Below are positions 28,348 through 37,741 of a DNA stretch of 64,000 nt, one piece after another (position 1 is the first letter of the stretch; each line of letters starts with the position of its first letter). The translations under genes and the position numbers were made by a program. The DNA lies in the IMG/VR virus record IMGVR_UViG_3300044742_000232, positions 1-64,000 of that record. The stretch is one strand, 5' to 3'. Origin of the DNA: a virus. The notes under the pieces are model-generated. The model was not told the origin of the DNA. It saw nothing but the letters and a program-made list of their open reading frames with translations, and made no database searches.

Positions 28348-28936
28348 TTTTTAATCTCTCGTTTTTGAAACCAGGGGGTATCCATCTAATACTTGGAGGA
28401 ATGTGTCGCGAAATACCTGAAACATCATCATGTCTTTTTTCCCAAATAAACCATCCATAAGAAGTAGTTCCTCCTCCTTTTACAGGATAGCCATCAGGAT
28501 ACATGGATAACCTTTCGGAAAAAACCAAAACTTCGCTTGGGGGATGATACTGAAAAATCTTGAAATATCGTTTTTGTCCTTCTAAAAAAGCTAAGCGCAA
28601 AAGCAAAGCTACTTTCTTGTTAGAGATATGAAGAGCATGATAGAGGATATCTTCGGCTATATTATAAGGAGGATTTGTTACTACATTATCATATGGTTTC
28701 TGGATATCAAAAAAGTCCTTTACCTCCCCATATCCATAATCATACTTGCCAGAAGAAACTACTCTTTCAGGTCCATATTGTCTTATAAGCTCTTCTGACA
28801 TTGCCCCCTTTCCACAACAAGGCTCAAGAATAGAACCATGAAAAGTGACATGATGTAAAAGAGCTATTGTTCCCCAAGCTGGAGTTGGGTAAAAATTTGG
28901 ACCAGCTTTTTCAACTAATCTACGATTTGTGACCAT
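28340..28936 (-). CDS. DNA amino-methyltransferase (N6-A/N4-C)
   Basis: FYPTP, ILEPCCGKG, VTNPPY, LLLRLAFLEG. Confidence 0.85.
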   Translation of the reverse strand: MVTNRRLVEKAGPNFYPTPAWGTIALLHHVTFHGSILEPCCGKGAMSEELIRQYGPERVVSSGKYDYGYGEVKDFFDIQKPYDNVVTNPPYNIAEDILYHALHISNKKVALLLRLAFLEGQKRYFKIFQYHPPSEVLVFSERLSMYPDGYPVKGGGTTSYGWFIWEKRHDDVSGISRHIPPSIRWIPPGFKNERLKNE

Positions 28937-29349
28937 TTCAATATCGGTATATTATACTTGTTTGCTAATTTTATTTCATTTGCAACACCTTTTGAAGTAT
29001 CCCAACCTTCAACGTCCAAGATCACAACATGAGTGCAGCGTTTCAACATAACTTCATCATATTTTGCCCAAAACGTAAACTCACCAGAAAAACCAAACTT
29101 CCGATGAAGTTCATAAGAGTAAACAATGGGAGAAAAAACGTTGTAATCATTTTTCATCATCAAGGCTGTTATCACTTCAGCCTGAATAAACCTATGATGT
29201 TCAACGTTTTTATTATCATGAGTAAAAGGAGAAGCCAAATAAATCAAATGATCATTAGTTGGATCAATTCCACCGAGTATTACTTTTTCTCTTTTTAGAT
29301 CATCTTTTTTAAAGTAAATTTTATGATGTTGGGGAGCAAATGGTGTCAT
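28915..29349 (-). CDS. DUF1937 / nucleoside deoxyribosyltransferase-like protein
   Basis: IYLASPFT, VFSPI, GWDTSKGV..EI. Confidence 0.75.
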   Translation of the reverse strand: MTPFAPQHHKIYFKKDDLKREKVILGGIDPTNDHLIYLASPFTHDNKNVEHHRFIQAEVITALMMKNDYNVFSPIVYSYELHRKFGFSGEFTFWAKYDEVMLKRCTHVVILDVEGWDTSKGVANEIKLANKYNIPILKWSQIVD

Positions 29350-29840
29350 TTCTTTCTCATCAACTTTCTAGATTTTCGCTTTGCAATATCAAGTTCCAAT
29401 TTTGTTACATGCGTCGTATAGATAACACCATTCAGATGATCTAGTTCATGCATATAAATTCTTGCAGTCATACCATCAAATTCTTTTGTTATAGTTTCTC
29501 CATTTGGTTGTGTATAACGAACCTTGATTGTGCGAGGCCGATTGATGTTCAGAAACAAACCTGGAAAGGTAAGACACCCTTCCACCATCTTGATCAACTC
29601 TGTGGTTTGATCAACGATCCGTGGATTGAAGCAACATAGAACAGGATTGCTGTGCATCACAAAGCAGCTATAGGGCAAGCCGCATTGATTAGCAGCGAGC
29701 CCCAGACCCTTGTGCTGGATCATAGTTTCAGTCAAATCTCGCGCCAGCTGGATAGGATCAGTTGGCGGATTGGAGAAATCAAACCGCTCTGCTTTTGTTG
29801 TAAGGATAGGATCGTTTGCTTCAACTAACTCATAAATCAT
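29346..29840 (-). CDS. def: Peptide deformylase
   Basis: GLGLAANQ, EGCLT, HELDHLNG. Confidence 0.95.
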   Translation of the reverse strand: MIYELVEANDPILTTKAERFDFSNPPTDPIQLARDLTETMIQHKGLGLAANQCGLPYSCFVMHSNPVLCCFNPRIVDQTTELIKMVEGCLTFPGLFLNINRPRTIKVRYTQPNGETITKEFDGMTARIYMHELDHLNGVIYTTHVTKLELDIAKRKSRKLMRKK

Positions 29841-30100
29841 GTGTCTTTTGGAGCCCCTTTGTATTCCTCAAATCTATCAAACAATCTAAGAATATCGCCA
29901 TCCAAAAGAACATGACGGCTATGAAGAAGCTCAACGATTTGACCCACAAGATAACAAAGGTTATTTGTTTCATAATAAGCTTGATCGCCCAATTCTTTAT
30001 AATCACCATGCTCCCGAATTTGTTCACTTACAGCATCGGCAATTGTTACAGGATGTGGCTTAGATTTGTTTCTACTAGCTCTTTTGCTTACCAATTCCAT
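29837..30100 (-). CDS. hypothetical protein
   Basis: Coupled to def. Confidence 0.5.
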   Translation of the reverse strand: MELVSKRASRNKSKPHPVTIADAVSEQIREHGDYKELGDQAYYETNNLCYLVGQIVELLHSRHVLLDGDILRLFDRFEEYKGAPKDT

Positions 30101-30110
30101 CTATCACCAT

Positions 30111-30569
30111 TTACATTAATCTGTAATCTGTTCCAAATTTATTCGCGAGAGCTTCAAAATTAACAAGAGTGATTCCAACATTGAAATCAATCTTCACAGC
30201 GTTATTAACAGGAAGTGCATAATCGTCTACAACGGCCCACTTATCTACTTCAGCATGACGTGTAAGCCATTCTGAGATACCATCCATACGATTGAGGATA
30301 CCTAGCGGAAATTTAGTAATCAAATCATCATGAAGCATTTCTTTTGTGAAGCCATTCGTTATTGCTTGCCTCATCATCAAATCTAATCCACCATCATTAT
30401 GCGATGAATTATAGACAAGTTTCAATTTATAAAAATCAACAAGTTTTTTGATCATGGAAACAGCGACAGGATCATATAGATAAACTCCATGACTGTTTCT
30501 AGGTATGCCATTATAATACATACGGGCCGGAATCAAAGGCCCATCAACGTCAAGAAATAATATGTTCAT
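30111..30569 (-). CDS. HAD-superfamily phosphatase (RNA-repair-associated type)
   Basis: FLDVDGPL, NSSH, R..GI..WL, WAVVDD. Confidence 0.75.
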   Translation of the reverse strand: MNILFLDVDGPLIPARMYYNGIPRNSHGVYLYDPVAVSMIKKLVDFYKLKLVYNSSHNDGGLDLMMRQAITNGFTKEMLHDDLITKFPLGILNRMDGISEWLTRHAEVDKWAVVDDYALPVNNAVKIDFNVGITLVNFEALANKFGTDYRLM

Positions 30570-30807
30570 TCTTTTTCCAGTTTTTCAATTAGAGCGCGCA
30601 ATTCTTCACCTTTTTTTATATCTGCATCCGAGCCGACTTGTTTAGCGCCATGACTTATCGGCCAGAAAGATAATTGTTTTATCGTTCTCTCCAATAATGT
30701 AATATAGTCCTTATACGCTTGCTGCAATTGCACGTTCATCTTGTGCCTTTATCGGCTAGTCTCAGAAGTGCTTCTTCGTTCATATCATTTCTCCAGATTG
30801 AAATATT

Positions 30808-30836
30808 ACTATACTGTCATCCACCGTTTTTGTCAA
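30808..30836 (-). promoter_or_regulatory. Sigma70-type promoter
   Basis: TTGACA-17 nt-TATAGT. Confidence 0.75.
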
Positions 30837-31240
30837 GCATCAAAGTAATCAAAGCGCCAGATTGTTAAAGGTTTATGTGATCTTTCTGTCAGGTCTATTG
30901 TGTGCTTCGTTCCTTTTGAGTGACTATCCCAAAAAACAATCACCCGATCAGCATATTCCACCATCTCAGCATTCCTTTTGAAACCAGCAGACTTTCCATA
31001 CTTCTTCCAATCTGGTAGAAACTGCTTGACAGGAACCTTGAAAAACTCTCCATATAACTCTCCCATCCGATCAACACCAGCAGCGCCACCTGAAATAATC
31101 TCAGTAATCGGATATCTCTTATGATAATCCTTCACACACTCAAAAAACCAAGCTATCTCTTCATCGGTGAACTTTCTTGGAGGATAGGTTAGATTATCTC
31201 CAGCAGTCACACAACGCGAACCGGCTATAAGGACTTTCAT
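30833..31240 (-). CDS. SLOG-family (DUF2493/YspA-like) protein
   Basis: IAGSR, IISGGAAGVD, WKKYGKSAG..RN..M, FWD..SKGT. Confidence 0.85.
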   Translation of the reverse strand: MKVLIAGSRCVTAGDNLTYPPRKFTDEEIAWFFECVKDYHKRYPITEIISGGAAGVDRMGELYGEFFKVPVKQFLPDWKKYGKSAGFKRNAEMVEYADRVIVFWDSHSKGTKHTIDLTERSHKPLTIWRFDYFDA

Positions 31241-32949
31241 ACTGTTACCATTTGTGAGAAGTTATGAATTTTGCGAAACTCTAGAACCTTATCAAACTTA
31301 TCAAGAAACTGATCTGATTTGTGACTGATAACTAGCGTGTTTGTGTCGGGAGAAAGTAGTTTTATGATCTTAATCAAGTCATCCATACCATCATTATCCA
31401 AAGAGCTATCAAGAATCTCGTCAAAGATTAGGATATTGGTGCGAGCGGCGTTTCTCAACCGGCTAATCTCACGCCAAGTGAACATCAAAGCTAAATCAAT
31501 GCGCTTCTTTTCTCCTTCCGAAAAGGACTCATAATTAAACTCATCCCGAAATCTGGATTTGATCTTCTCATTGAAATTTTCATCCAAAGTAAACTGACAA
31601 AAGAAGTTCATCAACTCTAACGACTTATTAATGAGAGAATTCATAATAGGGATATATTGAGAAACGATTCGTGACTTTATACCACCATCCTTGAGTAATA
31701 CCAATGCCGAGTTGTAAAGTTCTCGTATCTTGATTTCTTCTTCTTTTTTAGTAAGGAAGGTCTGTCTCTCTGTTTCAAGTATGCCAATATCTTCCCCCTT
31801 TGTCTCATTCTTCGCTTTGCGCTTTTCAATCTCTTTTTCAATTTCCTTTATTTGCTGTTTATAAAGCTTCAATGCAGTTGATTTCTTTGTCAACTCATAA
31901 GTCGTTTCCATAGCCGTCTTAGTCAGTTCCCGGATACGACTCTCAGCTGTATTTACCGCATCTCTATTCTTTTGTTCTACATCCTTGACAATCTTATCTA
32001 GCGCCTCAATCTCAACCGTCTTGCTGATAATCACATCCTGACGATAAGCTTCATTGATTTCTTGTTTACATGTGGGACAGGTTGTGTTTTCTTCATAAAA
32101 GGCAATAGTATCATATAGTTTCTGGAGCTTATCGTTGGCTTGTTCACTGAGAGCAAGAATTTCATTAGCCTTCAAGGACTCTTTACGAGTCTTAGAGATT
32201 TGGGTTTCGGTTTGATCCTGCCTTACTTTTAGAAGTTCAATTTCTATGTTTTCGGCCGCGACCTTAATTTCATAATCCTTGATTCTATTCAGACATTCAT
32301 CAATCAGCACTTGATTATTCTGTTGCAATTCAAGAATGTGCTTCTTTGTCAAGTCAATTTTGGAATCACAGATAGCAATAGCTTGTTCAATATCAAGTAA
32401 GGCTGTTTTGTTTTCAGATACCTTATCTTTCAGTAGTGTAAACATTATGGAGAAGACTTGAGTATCAAGTAGGTCTTCAATCACTTCACGTCTAGCTTGA
32501 GCAGCCAGCTTCATGAAAGGCTGATAGTTCGCGGACCCAAGAATAACAATCTGTGTAAACGTTTTGAAGTTCATCTTAAGGATTTGTTTCTCAAGAATCG
32601 CTTGGTAATCTAGAGTTCCGGTTGTCTGATCTATAAGTTCTTCATTTCTGTATATCTCAAAGACATTAGGTTTCATGCCCCGGCGCACGAAGTATTTCTT
32701 ATCATTGATTTCAAACTCAACCTCCACCACCATATTCTTTTGAGTGATGGAGTTGATGAGCAGCGGTTTGTTGGTATTGCGAAACGATCTGTTATATAAA
32801 ACAAAGCATAACGCATCAATGAGCGTTGTCTTACCACAACCGTTTGGACCAACGATAAGAGAGGTTTTGTTAGCTGATAAATCTATCTCAGAGAAAGCAT
32901 TCCCATATGAGAGTAGATTTTTCCAGCGCAATAATTTAAAAACGATCAT
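31237..32949 (-). CDS. 46: Recombination endonuclease ATPase subunit gp46 (Rad50/SbcC-like)
   Basis: GPNGCGKTT, CPTC hook, FSEGEK, FDEILDSSLD, ISH. Confidence 0.97.
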   Translation of the reverse strand: MIVFKLLRWKNLLSYGNAFSEIDLSANKTSLIVGPNGCGKTTLIDALCFVLYNRSFRNTNKPLLINSITQKNMVVEVEFEINDKKYFVRRGMKPNVFEIYRNEELIDQTTGTLDYQAILEKQILKMNFKTFTQIVILGSANYQPFMKLAAQARREVIEDLLDTQVFSIMFTLLKDKVSENKTALLDIEQAIAICDSKIDLTKKHILELQQNNQVLIDECLNRIKDYEIKVAAENIEIELLKVRQDQTETQISKTRKESLKANEILALSEQANDKLQKLYDTIAFYEENTTCPTCKQEINEAYRQDVIISKTVEIEALDKIVKDVEQKNRDAVNTAESRIRELTKTAMETTYELTKKSTALKLYKQQIKEIEKEIEKRKAKNETKGEDIGILETERQTFLTKKEEEIKIRELYNSALVLLKDGGIKSRIVSQYIPIMNSLINKSLELMNFFCQFTLDENFNEKIKSRFRDEFNYESFSEGEKKRIDLALMFTWREISRLRNAARTNILIFDEILDSSLDNDGMDDLIKIIKLLSPDTNTLVISHKSDQFLDKFDKVLEFRKIHNFSQMVTV

Positions 32950-33015
32950 CTGAGTTGTTTATAGCTACAAAAAAGATAACAACGAAAATTGCAATGATGA
33001 ACAAAGCTACTAATG

Positions 33016-33261
33016 TCATTTTATAACATCACTCATGACTAATTGTTTCATTACTTCCACAACAATCTTTTCGGTTAGTAGCTCTGGATCATAATCTGTT
33101 TGGTTGATAAAAACTCCAGTTTCATAACCGACATAACGATCCTCTGCATGTGAGGAATCGCGATCATATCCTACTTCATATGTCGTATCCCGAAGAGCAT
33201 TTCTAATAATATCAGCAACGATATCCCAATTCACTTCTAACATAATATACCTTTTTATCAA
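33016..33261 (-). CDS. hypothetical protein
   Basis: ORF just after the tRNA. Confidence 0.5.
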   Translation of the reverse strand: MIKRYIMLEVNWDIVADIIRNALRDTTYEVGYDRDSSHAEDRYVGYETGVFINQTDYDPELLTEKIVVEVMKQLVMSDVIK

Positions 33262-33270
33262 TAATATTAT

Positions 33271-33350
33271 TGGTTGCGGGCCTCGGAGTTTGCACCGAGT
33301 TGCCTTCGGGTATGAACCGAAGTAAGATCACTAGCTACCTTCCACCCGCC
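33271..33350 (-). tRNA. tRNA-Met(CAT), initiator-like and atypical
   Basis: GGCGGGT/GCCCGCA acceptor with a 1:72 mismatch, TTCGG-TTCATAC-CCGAA anticodon arm, CTCGG-TGCAAACT-CCGAG T arm, encoded ACCA. Confidence 0.8.
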
Positions 33351-33357
33351 ATTCTAC

Positions 33358-33678
33358 TTAGTTTGCTTTGTCCCAAAACTCATCACATCGTTGCAGAGTC
33401 ATTAGGAGTTGTTCGCGACCATTTGGATTTTCTGTATGGATAGACCATTTCACACGCGGATGAGCATTATGTTTAGCCAGATGCTCCAGATAGTTTGCCA
33501 CGGCGATAGATTTGTCTTCGCCACCTAAGTCGTGATCAAAAGAAATCTCTTCTATCTGTGCTCCTATTGGATTCACAATATGTCGGGAAAAGATCACGAA
33601 ACAGTCATAACTTGTCTGCGCCCAAATCCAAGAGTCATCGGGCGGCTTGCGGTTGTCGTCAAACCAAATTTTAGGCAT
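33358..33678 (-). CDS. Cyclic-phosphate-processing receiver-like domain protein
   Basis: IWFDDNR.PP, ISFDHDLG, IHTENPNG. Confidence 0.75.
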   Translation of the reverse strand: MPKIWFDDNRKPPDDSWIWAQTSYDCFVIFSRHIVNPIGAQIEEISFDHDLGGEDKSIAVANYLEHLAKHNAHPRVKWSIHTENPNGREQLLMTLQRCDEFWDKAN

Positions 33679-34246
33679 CTTTCTTCTTCTCCATCGCTAT
33701 TACACCATATCTCGTTTTGTAGCCAAGCATCGGTTGAAAACTATCAGGACTAATAGCAAACATATAATCAAGAGGAATATACGGACAAACCTTATAACCT
33801 TTACTTTCTATTTGATCCCATTCGTTTGCTAGTTCCGCACACACAGTATCAAACAATTGTTTTTTTGCAGCCTCAACTCCAATTGTTGCTTTCAAATCTT
33901 GGGCAAACTCTATAGGATTAGATTCTTTCAACGCCCTTGTCATTGCAAAGACAGTTTGATCTTGTATTTGAGCTTTTGGACCAGTCATAATAAAATCTGG
34001 ATGAAAGAACCTCGGATAACGATTCATCATTGCAATCGTGCATTCAAACATGCTTGTATTTCTCAAGATATTGAAATCCATATTCTCTTTATATTGAGCT
34101 ATCAGCGTATTGCTTATCATCGCCAACGATTTGAAGGCTTCCGCAAATGTGAGTTCTTCGGTGGCGCTGGCAAAGGCGGCTCCAGCGGGCATGGCAGCAG
34201 CACCAAGAGCCGCAGGCGTGAGAACTAAGAAGTTGCGGCGCTTCAT
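33671..34246 (-). CDS. Twin-arginine signal peptide fused to an internally deleted gp23 major capsid paralog
   Basis: MKRRNFL plus hydrophobic core; blocks MTGP, TRALK...EFAQDLKA and CPYIPL...PDSFQPMLGYKTRYG match this genome's gp23. Confidence 0.8.
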   Translation of the reverse strand: MKRRNFLVLTPAALGAAAMPAGAAFASATEELTFAEAFKSLAMISNTLIAQYKENMDFNILRNTSMFECTIAMMNRYPRFFHPDFIMTGPKAQIQDQTVFAMTRALKESNPIEFAQDLKATIGVEAAKKQLFDTVCAELANEWDQIESKGYKVCPYIPLDYMFAISPDSFQPMLGYKTRYGVIAMEKKKDA

Positions 34247-34261
34247 GGGGTTCTCCTCTCC

Positions 34262-35317
34262 TTACTCCATCATCATCGCGCCATTATACAGGTCCGTCAT
34301 CAGTTTATCAAGCCTGTTTTTATCAACTTGCACATTTGATTCTTCCACGAACTTTCTGATAATCGCCATCGTGTTTTCCGGCTGACCATCGAAAGTGTCA
34401 ATCACCGCAGAGGACAAAACTTTATCCTCAAGGATTTTCACGTCTATCGCATACTTCTCCAGCGCATCAATAAACATGTCAAAATGATAGGGATTAGTCT
34501 TAGCCATCACCAGCACTTTCACATAACAATCCTGGAACGTATCAAAGTCCCAATTCAACACTTGATCCAAAGACTGCCCCTGATCGTCATAAACAATCTT
34601 GTGATATATTTCTTTTGGGTTGCGAATGAATTCCAATTGAAGAGTATCCGTGTCTAGAGTGTGGAATCCTTTGGGGGAATCGTAGTCTGCCCATGTGATC
34701 TGGTAAGGTGCTCCAAGATAAGTGATTGCACCGTTACTCTGTCTTTTATGAATGTGACCTGACGCCACAAGGCTAAATTTAGTAAAAAGAGAAATATCAA
34801 GGCCACGATCAATAACATATCCAGCATGTGATTCAAATCCTTTCAGTTCCAAGTGGCCAAAGCAAATTTTCGCGTCTGTTTTTTCAATAAGCTCTAAGGA
34901 ACGTTTTTCATTATCTAAACAAATCCAAGGCAGAAACAAAATCTTCGCCCAAGTAAACTTCATCTCCGTTGGTTCTGTGATGATTGAGAACTTCAATCCC
35001 TCACGACTTTGCATCAACTCATTTATAGAGTTTACTTCCAGGGAGTTGGTATGATATGCGTCATGGTTGCCTATAATGAAATAGACATAGTTATTGTGTA
35101 GCTTTTCTATAAAGTGTCTACGAACAAAATTTATTGTAGATATGTTTGCATACTTGCGACGATCAAACACATCCCCGAGAACAAATATATCCCGAATGCC
35201 ATTTTTCTTGATATAGGGGAAAAATTGCGTCTCTAGGAATTTTTTAGTATGCTCTAGAAGAACTGGGTTGTCATTCCTTGCCCCAAAATGTAGATCACTT
35301 ATTATCGCTACGCGCAT
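34262..35317 (-). CDS. 47: Recombination endonuclease nuclease subunit gp47 (Mre11/SbcD-like)
   Basis: SDLHFG, LGDVFDRRK, GNHD, GHLE, SGHIH. Confidence 0.96.
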   Translation of the reverse strand: MRVAIISDLHFGARNDNPVLLEHTKKFLETQFFPYIKKNGIRDIFVLGDVFDRRKYANISTINFVRRHFIEKLHNNYVYFIIGNHDAYHTNSLEVNSINELMQSREGLKFSIITEPTEMKFTWAKILFLPWICLDNEKRSLELIEKTDAKICFGHLELKGFESHAGYVIDRGLDISLFTKFSLVASGHIHKRQSNGAITYLGAPYQITWADYDSPKGFHTLDTDTLQLEFIRNPKEIYHKIVYDDQGQSLDQVLNWDFDTFQDCYVKVLVMAKTNPYHFDMFIDALEKYAIDVKILEDKVLSSAVIDTFDGQPENTMAIIRKFVEESNVQVDKNRLDKLMTDLYNGAMMME

Positions 35318-35756
35318 CGTTCTCCTCTACATTATATTCAAACTCTTTTGGACCATCTACTGTTTGCATCGTAACCTTCATAGTTTTTGAAGTCTTTTCT
35401 CCATCAAAAGTCACATTCGCAGTTTCCTCTTCAACCAGCATACTCACGGGTGAAGGTTTTGTTATCGCGGTTTGGGCATCATCTTCTTCTTGACGTAACC
35501 GTTTCCAATGCTCGCGCAGCAGCCAAACAATGATCCGGCCTTCAGCATATTCAGTTACGATTTGATTGCGACAGAACTTATCAAATTCCTCAAAGCTCCC
35601 TTCAATGGAGCCATCTTCTTTCAATATGATTTCATAACCTGTATTTGGGAGTTTGACAAGCACAGGTAAGATATAAAAGGTTTCGGGAAAAATCACCCCT
35701 TTGCGGACATTGCTATAAATCTTCTTGATCCAGCCAAACATAAGGATGCCTCCCAC
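35295..35756 (-). CDS. hypothetical protein
   Basis: In the gene run. Confidence 0.55.
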   Translation of the reverse strand: MGGILMFGWIKKIYSNVRKGVIFPETFYILPVLVKLPNTGYEIILKEDGSIEGSFEEFDKFCRNQIVTEYAEGRIIVWLLREHWKRLRQEEDDAQTAITKPSPVSMLVEEETANVTFDGEKTSKTMKVTMQTVDGPKEFEYNVEENDARSDNK

Positions 35757-35970
35757 GAAAAGGGTTTAGCGTTGTTTTGTTTTAGCCCTTTTATAGGTTT
35801 TGTCAAGATAATTTTGCCGCGACGTGCGATATTTTATTATCTCTTCCTGACAAGCAGAAACAACGGATTCCAACATCATTATAACGTTGTCCTTTACATG
35901 CTGTGGAGAGGTAGGACTTCTTAGTGTCTCAATCCAATTTTCAATAATAGGCGGGACAGTATACTTAGTA

Positions 35971-36378
35971 TTAGGTGCAGCCAACTTCTTCTTTCTTTCT
36001 TTTCTTTTTGAAAACAGATATGTCAAGCTTATACTTATCAGCAATTCTTAGCATATCATTCTTCCACAAAGTTTTCCACTCTTTACAATCAGCAGGACCA
36101 TCATGAGCATTTTGTAAATCTTCAAGTAAAAATCTATAACGAGGATCGGTCATACAAGCTGGTAATTTTACTTTCTCTCTTTCTGCATTTTCTACTAAAT
36201 TATTAATACCACCAACAATAGTAGCAGCAAACTTTAGTTGTTTCTGATTTGTAAGAAGCCAGCCAACAGCACAGCGACGACCATCCTCAGTTACATATTG
36301 ACATCCTTTATCCCAAGCCTCTTTTCCTTGCTCCAAAAGAGAGATAGCTACTTTATCAAAGATTTGCTGATGTTTCAT
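35971..36378 (-). CDS. hypothetical protein, paralog A1
   Basis: QQIFDKVA..LL.QG, C.Y...GRRCAVGWLL, LQNAHD; start MKHQQ. Confidence 0.7.
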   Translation of the reverse strand: MKHQQIFDKVAISLLEQGKEAWDKGCQYVTEDGRRCAVGWLLTNQKQLKFAATIVGGINNLVENAEREKVKLPACMTDPRYRFLLEDLQNAHDGPADCKEWKTLWKNDMLRIADKYKLDISVFKKKRKKEEVGCT

Positions 36379-36782
36379 TGTGTCACTTTCTTCTTTCCTT
36401 TTAGAACTGATGAATTCAAACGATATCTTTTTGCAATTGTAATCATTTCTTCTTTCCAATTTTCTAACCAATTAGAACTATAGCTATTATCATGAGCACC
36501 TTGCAGGTATGATAAAAAGTCTTCATTTTTCTCGTCTCTAATAAAATTAGGTAGTTTGACTCTTTCATCTATCGCTGCTTGCTTGAGAGTCGAGAGGCCG
36601 CCAAAGGTCTCGCTGGCGAATTCTAGAGCCTTACCAGACAACAGCCAGCCGATAGCACAACGCTCTCCCTTAGCGTTGAGATAGTGACACACGTTGCTCG
36701 TGCCACTTACGGCGCGGCACCCTTGCTTCAAAAGAGCGCGTGCAACCTTATCAAAGGCTTTCTGTCTCATTTCTTTTGACAT
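36375..36782 (-). CDS. hypothetical protein, paralog A2
   Basis: QKAFDKVA..LL.QG, C.Y...GERCAIGWLL, LQGAHD; start MSKEM. Confidence 0.7.
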   Translation of the reverse strand: MSKEMRQKAFDKVARALLKQGCRAVSGTSNVCHYLNAKGERCAIGWLLSGKALEFASETFGGLSTLKQAAIDERVKLPNFIRDEKNEDFLSYLQGAHDNSYSSNWLENWKEEMITIAKRYRLNSSVLKGKKKVTQ

Positions 36783-37144
36783 TATAATGTTCCTTTCACA
36801 AAATCCACCATACGATTGTAAATGATATCCTGATGATACCGATTTTTTACACATTCATCATCTATGTTACAACATGAACACCATGCACCAATCATTCTAA
36901 CTTTATCATTGAAAGTCCACAAATCACCTGTTTCATCAAACCCAAGAGCCTTTGCCAGCTTCTTCGTTGGCAAAGCTCTATAGCTGATTCCGCAGTCTTT
37001 TCTTGCTTGTTGCAGCACGCCTATAGCACAATACTGAATACCATGTTTACTCTTTCTTCTCAATTTACCTTTACAACGATGCCTTGGATCAGCCCACAAC
37101 TGGATTGCGCGGCTGAAGACCACATTCAAGATCGTGCTACTCAT
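36782..37144 (-). CDS. hypothetical protein (YCAIG motif)
   Basis: Coupled to gene 55. Confidence 0.55.
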   Translation of the reverse strand: MSSTILNVVFSRAIQLWADPRHRCKGKLRRKSKHGIQYCAIGVLQQARKDCGISYRALPTKKLAKALGFDETGDLWTFNDKVRMIGAWCSCCNIDDECVKNRYHQDIIYNRMVDFVKGTL

Positions 37145-37710
37145 CGCTTGGGCTTCCTTCTTCTACCGCAGAACTTTTCTACACCTTTCGCCTTGACTCT
37201 AGCAGATTTCTTCTTCTTGTTCAACTGGTTTTTTTCATATTCTTCAATAAAAACTTGATTATTTTCATAAAGTTCTCGGTCTATCAAAGCTCCCCCAACA
37301 TAGCTATCATTCAAGTCAAAGTAGTTTTCCATATTTTTGTAGCGAATGTATTGCTGTTTTTTCTCTTTGTCTATCCTGCGGCGAAAGGAAAAGTAAGTGA
37401 TCTGCGTGAAATATCCAAATGGGTTCTTTGACTTTTTTGGATCAAAATTGTTCAAGTAAGTAATGGAATTCTCAATACCATCAGAAATCATCTCATCTTT
37501 CCAGTGTTGACTATAACCTTTGAACCAGGGATGATTAGCTAAGTTTCTTGCGATCAAAAGAAGACACTCGCCAACATAGGGCGGAATCTCGGCTTTTTGG
37601 TTGAGTTTTTTCAGTCTCCTAACTTCTTTCTTATAGGAAACCATTGCTTTGTAAAGGTCTTGATTATTGATATAATTGTTGACGACTTTTTTCTTCTTAG
37701 TAGTCTGTAT
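37141..37710 (-). CDS. 55: Late-transcription sigma factor gp55
   Basis: NYINNQDLY, YVGECLLLIA.NL, F.GYS..WKDEMISDGIE, NPFGYFTQI. Start placed at ATA 37710 after an in-frame TAG. Confidence 0.93.
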   Translation of the reverse strand: MQTTKKKKVVNNYINNQDLYKAMVSYKKEVRRLKKLNQKAEIPPYVGECLLLIARNLANHPWFKGYSQHWKDEMISDGIENSITYLNNFDPKKSKNPFGYFTQITYFSFRRRIDKEKKQQYIRYKNMENYFDLNDSYVGGALIDRELYENNQVFIEEYEKNQLNKKKKSARVKAKGVEKFCGRRRKPKR

Positions 37711-37741
37711 GGTCTAAAAATCCCCTTCTGAAACTAAATAA

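Noticed and set aside
37711-37716. TAG stop-codon reassignment to explain the gp55 start
   Set aside because: Core genes are intact under the standard code, and several (62, 3) end properly at TAG.
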